A DNA stretch of 64,000 nt, taken from Escherichia phage vB_EcoM-Ro157lw. Both the position numbers and the translations under genes were made by a program. The DNA lies in sequence record MH051335.1. One strand, written 5' to 3'. Below the pieces are notes generated by a model that was not told where the DNA came from, did not search any database, and saw only the letters and a list, made by a program, of their open reading frames with translations. This document shows, one piece after another, positions 17,668 to 26,970 of the stretch (position 1 is its first letter; each line of letters opens with the position of its first letter).

Positions 17668-18285
17668 ATGACTTTCCAAACTAGTGTAGGCCGTCAATAT
17701 ACAACTGGCTTTCCTGGCGACATCGTTCGCGACGGCCCACAGCGTGGGAAGCCAGGCCGAATTGCCAACGCTAACGAAGGCGCAAACGTAAACGCCATCA
17801 GCCGTGTGTTCGGTTTTAAGACTGACGTATCCTTAATGGGTACTGGTCAAACCAAAACTTTGGGCGCGCAGGACTTTGAAGTTGAGCTGGGCGGCACTAA
17901 CTACTACGGCATCCTCGGCAATAGCAAGCGTTACGCGCTGTATGGCAACTCTACTGGTCCTTTGGGTGCCAGCATGGTTCTGCCTCAATATAGCGAAGGC
18001 GAGTTCTATGATATGTGCACGGGCCTCGTAGTTGAAGTATTCAACCCAAGCACCAGTCCGCAGACGCTTAACTATGGCGACCTGCTTGCTTATGTACCTA
18101 AAGGCATTTCCAGCGGTAACAACCCGAACAACTTGCCTATTGGTGCAATTATCGCCTATACTGGCTCATTGCCAACTGGCATGGTTGCCATCCCAGGCGG
18201 TATTGTGATTGACCCGACGACTATTGCCCTTTCCGGCCCAAGCGTCCAGTCTTCCACTTATACCATTGTACAATTGACTCGTTAA
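17668..18285 (+). CDS. hypothetical head protein (decoration candidate)
   Basis: ATG at 17668 with AAAGGGG SD; between scaffold and capsid genes. Confidence 0.5.
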   Translation: MTFQTSVGRQYTTGFPGDIVRDGPQRGKPGRIANANEGANVNAISRVFGFKTDVSLMGTGQTKTLGAQDFEVELGGTNYYGILGNSKRYALYGNSTGPLGASMVLPQYSEGEFYDMCTGLVVEVFNPSTSPQTLNYGDLLAYVPKGISSGNNPNNLPIGAIIAYTGSLPTGMVAIPGGIVIDPTTIALSGPSVQSSTYTIVQLTR

Positions 18286-18299
18286 TAGGCAGGTGAATA

Positions 18300-19439
18300 A
18301 TGACTCGCATTAGCCAAACACACTCTCGCCTCCCAGCGAGCAAGGTGCGCCCTTTTGATATGCAATCCGTGACCGACGCGGCTGTTTCCCAGCTTGCGCG
18401 TATCGGTATTGTGTTTGATTCCGCGATTGTGCGTGATCAGATTGAGCACTTAAACCGTGCAGGCGCTTTCCGCGTAGGTGACGCCGCATTTACTGCGCCG
18501 CAGACCACGCCATCAATCCCGACCCCGCTGCAGTTCCTGCAACAGTGGCTGCCTGGCTTCGTCAAAATCATGACCGCTGCCCGTAAAATTGACGAGCTGG
18601 TTGGTATTGACACCGTTGGTCAGTGGGAAGATGCAGAAATCGTTCAGGGCATCGTTGAACCAGCTGGCACCGCAGTTGAATATGGTGATTTCACCTCTAT
18701 TCCTCTGGCAAGCTGGAACGTGAACTTTGAACGCCGTTCCATCGTTCGCGGTGAAATGGGCATGGCAGTCGGCATGCTGGAAGAAGGCCGCGCGTCTGCG
18801 ATGCGTCTGAACTCTGCAGAGACCAAGCGCCAGCAGGCTGCTGTATCTCTGGAAATCATGCGTAACGCAATCGGCTTCTATGGTTGGTATAACGGGAACA
18901 ACCGCACGTTCGGCTTCCTGAATGATCCAAACCTGCCAGCGGCAATGACTTCAAACACCACTTCCGGCTGGGCTACTGCGACCTTCCAACAGGTGACTGC
19001 AGACATCCGTTTGATGGTTCGTCAAATCCGTGTCAACTCTCAGGACCAGATTGATCCAGAGAAGGTTGATATGACTCTGGCGCTGCCGACCAACTCTATT
19101 GATTGGCTGTCAAACACCACCGACTTCGGTATTTCTGTACGTGACTGGATCACCCAGACTTATCCGAAGATGAAGATCAAATCCGCACCGGAACTCAACG
19201 GCGCACTTGGCAGTGACCCGACTTTCCTGAACGTGGCATATCTGTACGCTGATCACATCGATTCCTCAATTGATGGCTCAAGCGATGATGGTTCCGTATT
19301 CAGTCAGCTGGTCCAGACTAAGTTTATGACTCTGGGCGTTGAGAAACGCGCTAAGAGCTACGTTGAAGACTACGCAAACGCAACAGCAGGCGTTCTGCTC
19401 AAGCGTCCTTTCGCAGTCGTCCGTATGACTGGTATCTAA
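18300..19439 (+). CDS. major capsid protein
   Basis: Position, size 379 aa, AGGTGA SD, strong hairpin downstream. Confidence 0.55.
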   Translation: MTRISQTHSRLPASKVRPFDMQSVTDAAVSQLARIGIVFDSAIVRDQIEHLNRAGAFRVGDAAFTAPQTTPSIPTPLQFLQQWLPGFVKIMTAARKIDELVGIDTVGQWEDAEIVQGIVEPAGTAVEYGDFTSIPLASWNVNFERRSIVRGEMGMAVGMLEEGRASAMRLNSAETKRQQAAVSLEIMRNAIGFYGWYNGNNRTFGFLNDPNLPAAMTSNTTSGWATATFQQVTADIRLMVRQIRVNSQDQIDPEKVDMTLALPTNSIDWLSNTTDFGISVRDWITQTYPKMKIKSAPELNGALGSDPTFLNVAYLYADHIDSSIDGSSDDGSVFSQLVQTKFMTLGVEKRAKSYVEDYANATAGVLLKRPFAVVRMTGI

Positions 19440-19464
19440 TTGCTGTGATTACACAGTAAAACAC

Positions 19465-19494
19465 ATGGGGCGTGGTCGAAAGGCTTCGCCCCAT
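19465..19494 (+). terminator. stem-loop after capsid gene (8-bp stem ATGGGGCG/CGCCCCAT)
   Basis: Inverted repeat 26 nt after stop; weak U-tract. Confidence 0.4.
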
Positions 19495-19554
19495 ATCAAT
19501 AGACCTCAAGGGCTGTAGGGGCTTATCTGAGGCTTATATAAATAGGACTACAAA

Positions 19555-20019
19555 ATGCCAAAATACATCGTTTCAACTATGTCTATGTCAGTCAACTACA
19601 CTTTCTATACGGAAGTGAAAGAAAACCCGAATGCAAAAGCTGGTTCAGGCGCTCTTCCAAATATTCGCAAACAGATTCTGATCAAGGGCGGTGCTGGTCT
19701 TACTTCGGCAACTTCCGGCTTTGGTGAAATGGCAAAAGGCGCTGATGGTGCACCTTTGTGGACTCCTGAAGGAATCGTCACCGTTGTAAGCGATGCTGAT
19801 TTTGAACATTTAAAAGATCATCACGTATTCAAGCAGCACCTTGAAAAAGGTCTGGTTAAAGTGGTTAACCACGACATCGTTGGCAATCATAAAGCTGTCG
19901 CTAAAGAAGTGCGCGGCATGTCAGATGACCCGTTCGCACCTATGACGCGTGAGACGGCTGACAAGCGCATCAAGGTTAAATTGAGCGGCGAACAAGAAGA
20001 TGATTTGTTCCGCGTTTAA
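19555..20019 (+). CDS. hypothetical structural protein
   Basis: ORF track; AGGA SD. Confidence 0.55.
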   Translation: MPKYIVSTMSMSVNYTFYTEVKENPNAKAGSGALPNIRKQILIKGGAGLTSATSGFGEMAKGADGAPLWTPEGIVTVVSDADFEHLKDHHVFKQHLEKGLVKVVNHDIVGNHKAVAKEVRGMSDDPFAPMTRETADKRIKVKLSGEQEDDLFRV

Positions 20020-20033
20020 ATAAGGTGAATGCC

Positions 20034-20489
20034 ATGTCATTAGATTACGAAAAGTTCAGAATAAAATTTCCACAGTTTGCTGATCAGGTAAAATTCCCTG
20101 ACACAATGCTTCAAGTATTCTATGACATGGCATGTGAATTTATTGAATCACAAGACAGTCCTTGTCGTGTTTTAAATGGCAGTAAATTGGAGCTGGCATT
20201 GGAATATATGACGGCTCATCTTTTATGCATAGCCACAGACCAACAGGTGTCTGTGTCTTCTGGTGACGGAGTTGAACAAGGCGGCTTCGTGACTGGTGCA
20301 ACAATCGGTGACATCACCGTGAATAAGGTAGCGCCGCCTGCAAGTGATGGTTGGGAATACTGGCTTTCAAGCACTCCTTATGGCATGGCGCTTTGGGCGC
20401 TTCTGCAAGCACTGGCTGTCGGCGGCTTGTCGTTTGGCGGTCTTCCAGAGCGCGAAGGATTTCGTAAAATTGGTGGGGTATTCTGGTGA
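20034..20489 (+). CDS. hypothetical structural protein (head-tail joining region)
   Basis: ATG at 20034 with AAGGTGA SD. Confidence 0.55.
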   Translation: MSLDYEKFRIKFPQFADQVKFPDTMLQVFYDMACEFIESQDSPCRVLNGSKLELALEYMTAHLLCIATDQQVSVSSGDGVEQGGFVTGATIGDITVNKVAPPASDGWEYWLSSTPYGMALWALLQALAVGGLSFGGLPEREGFRKIGGVFW

Positions 20490-20872
20490 GGATTCCTGGC
20501 GTGAACTTATATCGAGTTGCGACAAAGGTCATCGGTCGCCAACCGATTCAATATTACATGTACAAGGGGCGCACTCTTGATAAAATGCGCAACTACGTTA
20601 CCACTTATGAAGAACCAATCACGCTACTTGCTTCGGTGCAGGCTGTTCTTCGAAATCAATACGTCGAGCTTGGATTGGAGCTTCAAAAGAACTATGTCAA
20701 AATCTGGGTAGACAAAGACATTGTTGACCTTGACCGCGACGCTTCCGGCGACTATTTTGTGTTTGGTGGGAAAACGTATAAAATGGAAGATGAAACGACA
20801 TGGTTTGACCAAGATGGTTGGACGACTTGCCTTGCCGTGGAAATAAAACAAAGCTTTCCAGTGTCTACTTGA
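20486..20872 (+). CDS. hypothetical structural protein
   Basis: ORF track; GTG start overlapping upstream stop. Confidence 0.5.
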   Translation: MRIPGVNLYRVATKVIGRQPIQYYMYKGRTLDKMRNYVTTYEEPITLLASVQAVLRNQYVELGLELQKNYVKIWVDKDIVDLDRDASGDYFVFGGKTYKMEDETTWFDQDGWTTCLAVEIKQSFPVST

Positions 20873-20879
20873 GGTGTAT

Positions 20880-21455
20880 ATGACAGATGTCGACCTGATT
20901 GACATGCTGGCAACGCGAATTGAAGAAGGTCTGGCGGCGTATAGTCGTGCAGACCTTTCTGCTGTTCCGGTCCAGAAAAAGTATCAACCGACTCAACAGG
21001 GTATTCCGACTGGTGACCAAATTTGGTTTAACCTTTTATTCTCAGTTCCGTTTGGATGGTCCATGAGGAAAAGTGAATTTGTCAATGATGAGTCTCAATT
21101 TGTAAACGGAAAATTCAAAGATATTGAAGATCAAATATACGCTACACGTTTTCAAATCAGCGGCTTATTTCCAGAAGTTCCTGGCAATCCAGAAAAGCCT
21201 ACTGCTAATGACGTATTGACTTATTTGGCAAGATTCATAACTCATAAAGCGAATTTGAGGGATTGGTTCAAAAAGCATCAGGCATCAGTATATCGAATCG
21301 ACATGAATAATAATGAAAAGTTTTATGATGACATGTCGCAATTTGAATCATTCCCTTCTTTTGATTTGGTAATACTTCACAGAAACGCAATTTCAATTGA
21401 TACTCCTGCTGTTGCAAGAGCTGTTAATAATGATTTGGGTGATATTCCGGTGTAA
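20880..21455 (+). CDS. hypothetical structural protein
   Basis: ATG at 20880 with GAGGTG SD. Confidence 0.55.
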   Translation: MTDVDLIDMLATRIEEGLAAYSRADLSAVPVQKKYQPTQQGIPTGDQIWFNLLFSVPFGWSMRKSEFVNDESQFVNGKFKDIEDQIYATRFQISGLFPEVPGNPEKPTANDVLTYLARFITHKANLRDWFKKHQASVYRIDMNNNEKFYDDMSQFESFPSFDLVILHRNAISIDTPAVARAVNNDLGDIPV

Positions 21456-21456
21456 T

Positions 21457-21942
21457 ATGACAAAATCAAAAATGATAGAAAAACAGATTAAGGCGCTTCA
21501 GTCTATGAAGGGTCTTACTGTTGAGGCAGGATGGTTTGATTCTACCAGATACCCTTCAGAAACTGGTGGAGAAGGAATACTGGTGTCAGAAGTCGCGCGG
21601 CTTAACGAGTTTGGTCACATAGCCGTTTTGAACTTTGGACAAGGCCCAGTCAGGGTAGAAGTGCCACCCAGACCATTCATGAGATATGCCTATGAATTAT
21701 TCGTTAGTGAGCGCAGTGAAATAGAGAATAAAATTGCTAAAAAGATTTTTTCCGGTAAAATAGACGCTAGACAGGCATTGGGTCAAATTGGGCTTGCGAT
21801 GGAAGCAAAGATTGTCGAATCAATTAAAAACGGACCGTGGCAACCAAATGCCAGATATACTGTACGTGTGAAGGGATTCGACAAGCCTTTGATTCACACT
21901 AGCCTCATGTGGCAATCTGTCAGCAGCCAAGTCATTAAATAA
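21457..21942 (+). CDS. hypothetical structural protein (tail completion candidate)
   Basis: ATG at 21457. Confidence 0.5.
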   Translation: MTKSKMIEKQIKALQSMKGLTVEAGWFDSTRYPSETGGEGILVSEVARLNEFGHIAVLNFGQGPVRVEVPPRPFMRYAYELFVSERSEIENKIAKKIFSGKIDARQALGQIGLAMEAKIVESIKNGPWQPNARYTVRVKGFDKPLIHTSLMWQSVSSQVIK

Positions 21943-21954
21943 GAGGACACCGAC

Positions 21955-23493
21955 GTGATCAGTCAATCTCGTTATATTAAAATTGTATCAGGGGTCGGAG
22001 CAGGCGCGGCTGTTGCAGTTCGCAAACTGTCGCTTCGCGTCATGACTTCTAATACAGTTCTGCCGCCGGGCATTGTAGCAGAATTTTCAACGGCTGATGC
22101 TGTTGGATCATATTTCGGTTATTCTTCCGAAGAATATAAGCGCGCAGCATTATATTTTGGATTCATCAGCAAGCAAATTAACTCGCCTGATTCAATCAGC
22201 TTCTCGCGTATTGTTTCAACTGCGATTCCAGCAATGGTAATCGGTGATACTGAGCCTAAAGTGCTTGCTACGTTTCAAGCATTCACTGGCGCTATTTTAA
22301 GCATCACTTATGATGGCACAGACTACCTGACTGACGCAATTAACCTTTCAGCGGCAACAAGTCTGGCGAATGTGGCTGAACTTCTGGAAACGGCAATCAA
22401 TACTAAATTTGCAGCAGAAGGTGGCACGTCGGTGCCTGCACTTGCTGATGCAGAAGTGTATTGGAACGCTAATACTCAGCAGTTCACGCTGGAAGCAGCG
22501 CCGTCGACCGCTGGCGCAGGCAACCTGTCTATCAACGTCACAGGCCAACCGACCGACCCGTCTCAAGCATTGGGTTGGACCACCACTGGCACCGTAACCG
22601 TTGCAGGCCAGGGCGTTTCAAGTCCGGTAGAAGCAATCGCAGCATCTGTGGAAATCTCCAACAACTTCGGCTCATTCCTTTTTGCTGGGGCTGACCGAAC
22701 TCTGGAAGAAATTACCGCTGTGGCAGCGTGGAATCATTCGCAGAATAATATGTACATGTATTTATTCTCGACTTCGTTCGCTAATATCGGGTCATACTAC
22801 ACCGCTCTGAAAGGGTACTCAGGCGTTGGCATGATGATTCGCGCCACTAACCTTGCAAACGATTACATCGACCAAGCGCCTGCTGAAATCCTCGCGGCGA
22901 CGAACTATAATACTGTGAATGCGACTCAAAACTACATGTATTATCAGTTTGATACTCGCAACGTGACTGTTTCAACTGACTCTCGCGCAGATACTGCTGA
23001 TCAAAATCGTGCTAACTACATCGGTGCAACTCAGCAGGCCGGACAAACCTTGGCATTCTTCCAGCGCGGCGTATTGATGGGCGGGTCTACCGCAGCAGTT
23101 GACATGAATACTTATGCCAACGAGATGTGGCTTAAATCTGCTATCACTTCTCAGCTGTTCAGCATGTTCTTGAATCTTGGTCGCGTGCCTGCAAACGAAG
23201 AAGGTAAAGCGACTGTACAAGCCATGATTCAAGTTGCTGTTGACAATGCGAAGGTTAACGGCACCATCTCTGTTGGCAAGGCGCTGACTGAGATTCAGAA
23301 ACAATACATCACGCAAACTTCCGGTGACAACACTGCTTGGCGGCAGGTTGAAACTATCGGTTACTGGCTGACTGTAGATTTTGATACTGAAACCACTTCC
23401 GATGGGCGCACCGAATACTATGCAACATACACGCTAATCTACTCTAAAGATGATGCTGTGCGTCGCGTTGAAGGTCGTGACGTCCTTATCTAA
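21955..23493 (+). CDS. tail sheath protein
   Basis: 512 aa, directly upstream of tube-like genes; GTG start with AAGAGGA SD. Confidence 0.5.
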   Translation: MISQSRYIKIVSGVGAGAAVAVRKLSLRVMTSNTVLPPGIVAEFSTADAVGSYFGYSSEEYKRAALYFGFISKQINSPDSISFSRIVSTAIPAMVIGDTEPKVLATFQAFTGAILSITYDGTDYLTDAINLSAATSLANVAELLETAINTKFAAEGGTSVPALADAEVYWNANTQQFTLEAAPSTAGAGNLSINVTGQPTDPSQALGWTTTGTVTVAGQGVSSPVEAIAASVEISNNFGSFLFAGADRTLEEITAVAAWNHSQNNMYMYLFSTSFANIGSYYTALKGYSGVGMMIRATNLANDYIDQAPAEILAATNYNTVNATQNYMYYQFDTRNVTVSTDSRADTADQNRANYIGATQQAGQTLAFFQRGVLMGGSTAAVDMNTYANEMWLKSAITSQLFSMFLNLGRVPANEEGKATVQAMIQVAVDNAKVNGTISVGKALTEIQKQYITQTSGDNTAWRQVETIGYWLTVDFDTETTSDGRTEYYATYTLIYSKDDAVRRVEGRDVLI

Positions 23494-23540
23494 ATAATTG
23501 CCGCCGTAACTGGCGGCCATCTCTCTGAGAGGAATCTGTA

Positions 23541-24008
23541 ATGATTAACGTTTCCGGTTTTGGCGCTTCGATTCGTTTAGTGGCATCAAACACTTTTCCA
23601 AATGGTGTAACTCTTTCTGATTTCGCAGATGATGCTGATCCGATTGACGCGCCTGATCTTCAAATCTCTGAAGCCGCAATGGGGTTGAACGGTGACCTGG
23701 TAGTCTGGAACCGTGCCAACCCTCTTGAAGTAGGCGTCAACATCATCCCTACTTCTGAAAGCGATGTAAACTTAGATGTTCTGGCAGCGGCTAACCGTGT
23801 AGGCAAGCGCAAGAACTCTGCGAAAGACGTGATCACCCTTATTCTGACCTACCCTTCTGGCATGGTCATCACACTGAACAAGGGAACTTTGACGACTGGT
23901 TCAGTGATTCCTGGCATCCAGTCTCAGGGTCGTGTAAAAACACGTCAATATCGCTTTAAGTTTGAGAACGTAGTCAAAACTGGCGTGAGCAACCAAGAGA
24001 TTTTATAA
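23541..24008 (+). CDS. tail tube protein
   Basis: 155 aa after sheath; paralog of 24959..25456. Confidence 0.5.
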   Translation: MINVSGFGASIRLVASNTFPNGVTLSDFADDADPIDAPDLQISEAAMGLNGDLVVWNRANPLEVGVNIIPTSESDVNLDVLAAANRVGKRKNSAKDVITLILTYPSGMVITLNKGTLTTGSVIPGIQSQGRVKTRQYRFKFENVVKTGVSNQEIL

Positions 24009-24337
24009 TGTATCAAATACCACTTGACAGCGTACCTAACCAGAATATCAGCTTTAACGTTGACGGTGCTTATTGGCAGCTGCACATATTCGCCGCAATT
24101 GAGCACATGTGCGCAGATGTTTACCGCAATGGCGAATTGTTGATTCAGGGGGTACGTTGTTTTGGTGGTATACCAATGGTGCCTTATAAATATCTCATGA
24201 TTGGGTACGGCAACTTTATTTTTGACAGCGTACCCGATTATGAGCATTTTAACTCTGGCGGCTGTAATTTATATTACATGTCAGAATCTGAGTTGGCTGA
24301 ATTCCAGAAAACTGCTGAAGCGGAGTTTGCAATTTGA
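24008..24337 (+). CDS. hypothetical tail protein
   Basis: ORF track. Confidence 0.5.
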   Translation: MYQIPLDSVPNQNISFNVDGAYWQLHIFAAIEHMCADVYRNGELLIQGVRCFGGIPMVPYKYLMIGYGNFIFDSVPDYEHFNSGGCNLYYMSESELAEFQKTAEAEFAI

Positions 24338-24690
24338 CAACTCTAACGATTGAAGTTAATGATAACAATGACCTGTTTCTGCCTGATGGAAGAAATTTGA
24401 ATATTCTGTCAGGAGAAAAGGCCATGGTACAAGTTATCAAGGCGGCGCATCAAATGCGACTTGGTGAAGACTTGTACGATGTTGAAAACGGAGTCGATTA
24501 TTTAGGCACTGTTTTCAAATCGCCCGTTGATGAAGACGGTGCGAGAAAGTCGATTGCAGATGCTATTCTGAAGAAAGCAGACGTTGCCGGAATCGACTCA
24601 TTGACTGTCACCATCCAAAACGGTATTCTTGGATTCACCGCTGAAGTGGTGACTATTTATGGCGAACGTATAAAGGTGAGTAATCAATAA
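24334..24690 (+). CDS. hypothetical tail protein (TTG start)
   Basis: ORF track. Confidence 0.45.
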   Translation: MTTLTIEVNDNNDLFLPDGRNLNILSGEKAMVQVIKAAHQMRLGEDLYDVENGVDYLGTVFKSPVDEDGARKSIADAILKKADVAGIDSLTVTIQNGILGFTAEVVTIYGERIKVSNQ

Positions 24691-24956
24691 TGGCACAAGT
24701 AATTCATTTTGCTAATGGCGTCATGAAATTTGGCGAAAAATTTGAAGACGCATCGGAATTATTCAAAAAGACTTCAAACCCTGTTGCGGAGAAGAAAGAA
24801 CAGGTTGAAGAGAAGGCAGTAGAATCGAAAGTTGATTTTGATTCAATGAGCGTCTCTGAATTGAAGGCTTATGCAAAGGAACATGAGATTGACATCAAAG
24901 GTCTTTCTTATAAGGATGAAATTCTTGCAGCAGTTAAATCTGCATCTGCGGAGTAA
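24690..24956 (+). CDS. hypothetical small acidic protein
   Basis: ORF track; AAGGTGAG SD. Confidence 0.5.
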   Translation: MAQVIHFANGVMKFGEKFEDASELFKKTSNPVAEKKEQVEEKAVESKVDFDSMSVSELKAYAKEHEIDIKGLSYKDEILAAVKSASAE

Positions 24957-24958
24957 AC

Positions 24959-25456
24959 ATGGTCAATATTAGTGGATTTGGCACAAGCATTAGAATTGTC
25001 GCTCTCCAATCTTTTCCTGTTGGGCTGAATATCAGTTCTTTGTCTGATGACCAGGATTCGCTAATTATTGAGGAAGTTGAATCAGTAGGCTATCAACTTA
25101 CTTATGACGGCGGCATTTGTATTTATGACAAGGCCGCCGTCGTTCGCGTATCCATTGCAGTGATCCCAAACACTGAAGACGACATAAACCTAAAGCTTTT
25201 GCTTTCCGCTCGTAAAGGCGGATTCAAGTGGCTTCCTATACAGGATGTCACATCAATGCTTATTACATATCCTGATGGCGGCAGAGTAGCATTTTCGAAC
25301 GGGACCATAATCAGCGGTCCGCTTGGCGACTCCATTGAGCAATCCGGTCGTCGTAAGACAAACAGATATACATTTGTGTTTGCCAGCTACGGCGGCGCAC
25401 AGAGCACATCACAAATTGCAAAAGGCGTGGTGCAGAGCATATTGGGGTCAATTTAA
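24959..25456 (+). CDS. tail tube protein paralog
   Basis: N-terminus MVNISGFGTSIRIVA versus MINVSGFGASIRLVA in 23541..24008; similar length and conserved blocks. Confidence 0.5.
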   Translation: MVNISGFGTSIRIVALQSFPVGLNISSLSDDQDSLIIEEVESVGYQLTYDGGICIYDKAAVVRVSIAVIPNTEDDINLKLLLSARKGGFKWLPIQDVTSMLITYPDGGRVAFSNGTIISGPLGDSIEQSGRRKTNRYTFVFASYGGAQSTSQIAKGVVQSILGSI

Positions 25457-25989
25457 TGGCTATCGATTTATTGTCATATAGTCTTTCCAACAGAAGCTTC
25501 ACAATAAGAAGCTTCAACCTTGGGGAAGTGTCAACGCTTGGTTGGGCGATTGTTAACGTTAAAATAAGACTCCAAGCAAAGATATTCAAGAACCAAAGGG
25601 AGGATGGAAGCTATATTGTCGATGGCAGGGTCAAAATGCCTAGAATATTGACTGTGACTGTAATAGCACAGACAAAAAGCGCGTCCGAAGCAATCGCAAA
25701 GATGCTGCAAAATAGGTCCACTATATACACAATAAATTCTCGTGGGCTAATATTTGAACGTATGGTGCTGCAAAATAACAATTTCAGCCAAGATGCTGAC
25801 AATATAACTTCACAACCCATACAACTGGTCTTCCACGAGATATTAACACAGCAGGATGTGTCTATTCAAACAGCGCAAGCAGCCGACTCCACTGTCATTG
25901 AGCGCGGCATCGCTTATATAAAAGAGACTACTGCCAGCGTCACTGGCGTTGCAACAAAGGTGATGAATGGCATCAAGGGGATGCTCTGA
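25456..25989 (+). CDS. hypothetical tail protein
   Basis: ORF track. Confidence 0.5.
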   Translation: MAIDLLSYSLSNRSFTIRSFNLGEVSTLGWAIVNVKIRLQAKIFKNQREDGSYIVDGRVKMPRILTVTVIAQTKSASEAIAKMLQNRSTIYTINSRGLIFERMVLQNNNFSQDADNITSQPIQLVFHEILTQQDVSIQTAQAADSTVIERGIAYIKETTASVTGVATKVMNGIKGML

Positions 25990-26549
25990 TGGACTTTGTT
26001 TCGATTCTGCTTTCTGGTCAATCTCTGACCATAACGAATGAGTCGACAGGGCTTCCTGTCTGGACAAGGCTTTCTCCAGTGTCTGCAGAAATAACATCAC
26101 CAGCAGAAACTACTCAATTTCCACTTGCTGGAACGGCGATGCAGGTGGTGGAAGTATCAAGCACATCCTCAGTAAGTAATTTACAGGCGGCAAAAGTAAT
26201 AATGCCAGCGCACATGGCGCTAAACGTAATTTGCAACGACCAATCGACTATTGAAAACATAATTAATACATTCGACAATGATGAAGTCACATTTTCAATA
26301 ACTTCTCGAAGCATAATTGCAAGCAAAATGTCGATGTCTGATGTCGAAATAACTCAGTCAGAAGAAAACCTGAATGGAGTCTCAATTGTAATAACATTTG
26401 AACAGACGTCATTTAGTATTCAAGGAAGCTTTGACCCTAAACAGTCCGCAGATGAATCGTCAAATGGCGTGGCTATTAAAGAGCCAGTCAGTTTGACTAC
26501 AACTGTGAGTTCGTTATATAATAAAATAAAATCAACAGTAGGAATATAA
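25989..26549 (+). CDS. hypothetical tail protein
   Basis: ORF track. Confidence 0.5.
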   Translation: MDFVSILLSGQSLTITNESTGLPVWTRLSPVSAEITSPAETTQFPLAGTAMQVVEVSSTSSVSNLQAAKVIMPAHMALNVICNDQSTIENIINTFDNDEVTFSITSRSIIASKMSMSDVEITQSEENLNGVSIVITFEQTSFSIQGSFDPKQSADESSNGVAIKEPVSLTTTVSSLYNKIKSTVGI

Positions 26550-26550
26550 A

Positions 26551-26967
26551 ATGAAGATCACCAATAAACAAACCGGTCGTAAAGTAGAAATTAAAATCAG
26601 CAAAATGACTGCGATGGAAGGCTGGAACATCCAGCGCCGATTTATCGAATTTGCAATGTCAAAAGACCCTGCATTCCGTTCAGAATACACAATGGAAGTA
26701 TTAAGCTTTGCAAAGGTTGAACTTGATGTCGGGCAAGAAATTCCGCTGAGCACTGGCGCACTTATTGACAACCATCTTGGCGACTGGGAAAACTTGAAAT
26801 TGGTTTTCGAAGCGGTGTTGATGGAAAACGGAATCAACCCAGAGACTCACGCTGAACGTGAAGGATACTGGGAACAAGCCGGCGGCGAAATGGCTGCAGC
26901 ATTTATTGGCGAATCGATGCGATTAATCGCGCCATTCCTCAGCGGCGAGACTCCAAACAAGGGGTAA
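26551..26967 (+). CDS. tail assembly chaperone candidate
   Basis: Immediately upstream of tape measure gene; AGGAA SD. Confidence 0.4.
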   Translation: MKITNKQTGRKVEIKISKMTAMEGWNIQRRFIEFAMSKDPAFRSEYTMEVLSFAKVELDVGQEIPLSTGALIDNHLGDWENLKLVFEAVLMENGINPETHAEREGYWEQAGGEMAAAFIGESMRLIAPFLSGETPNKG

Positions 26968-26970
26968 ACT

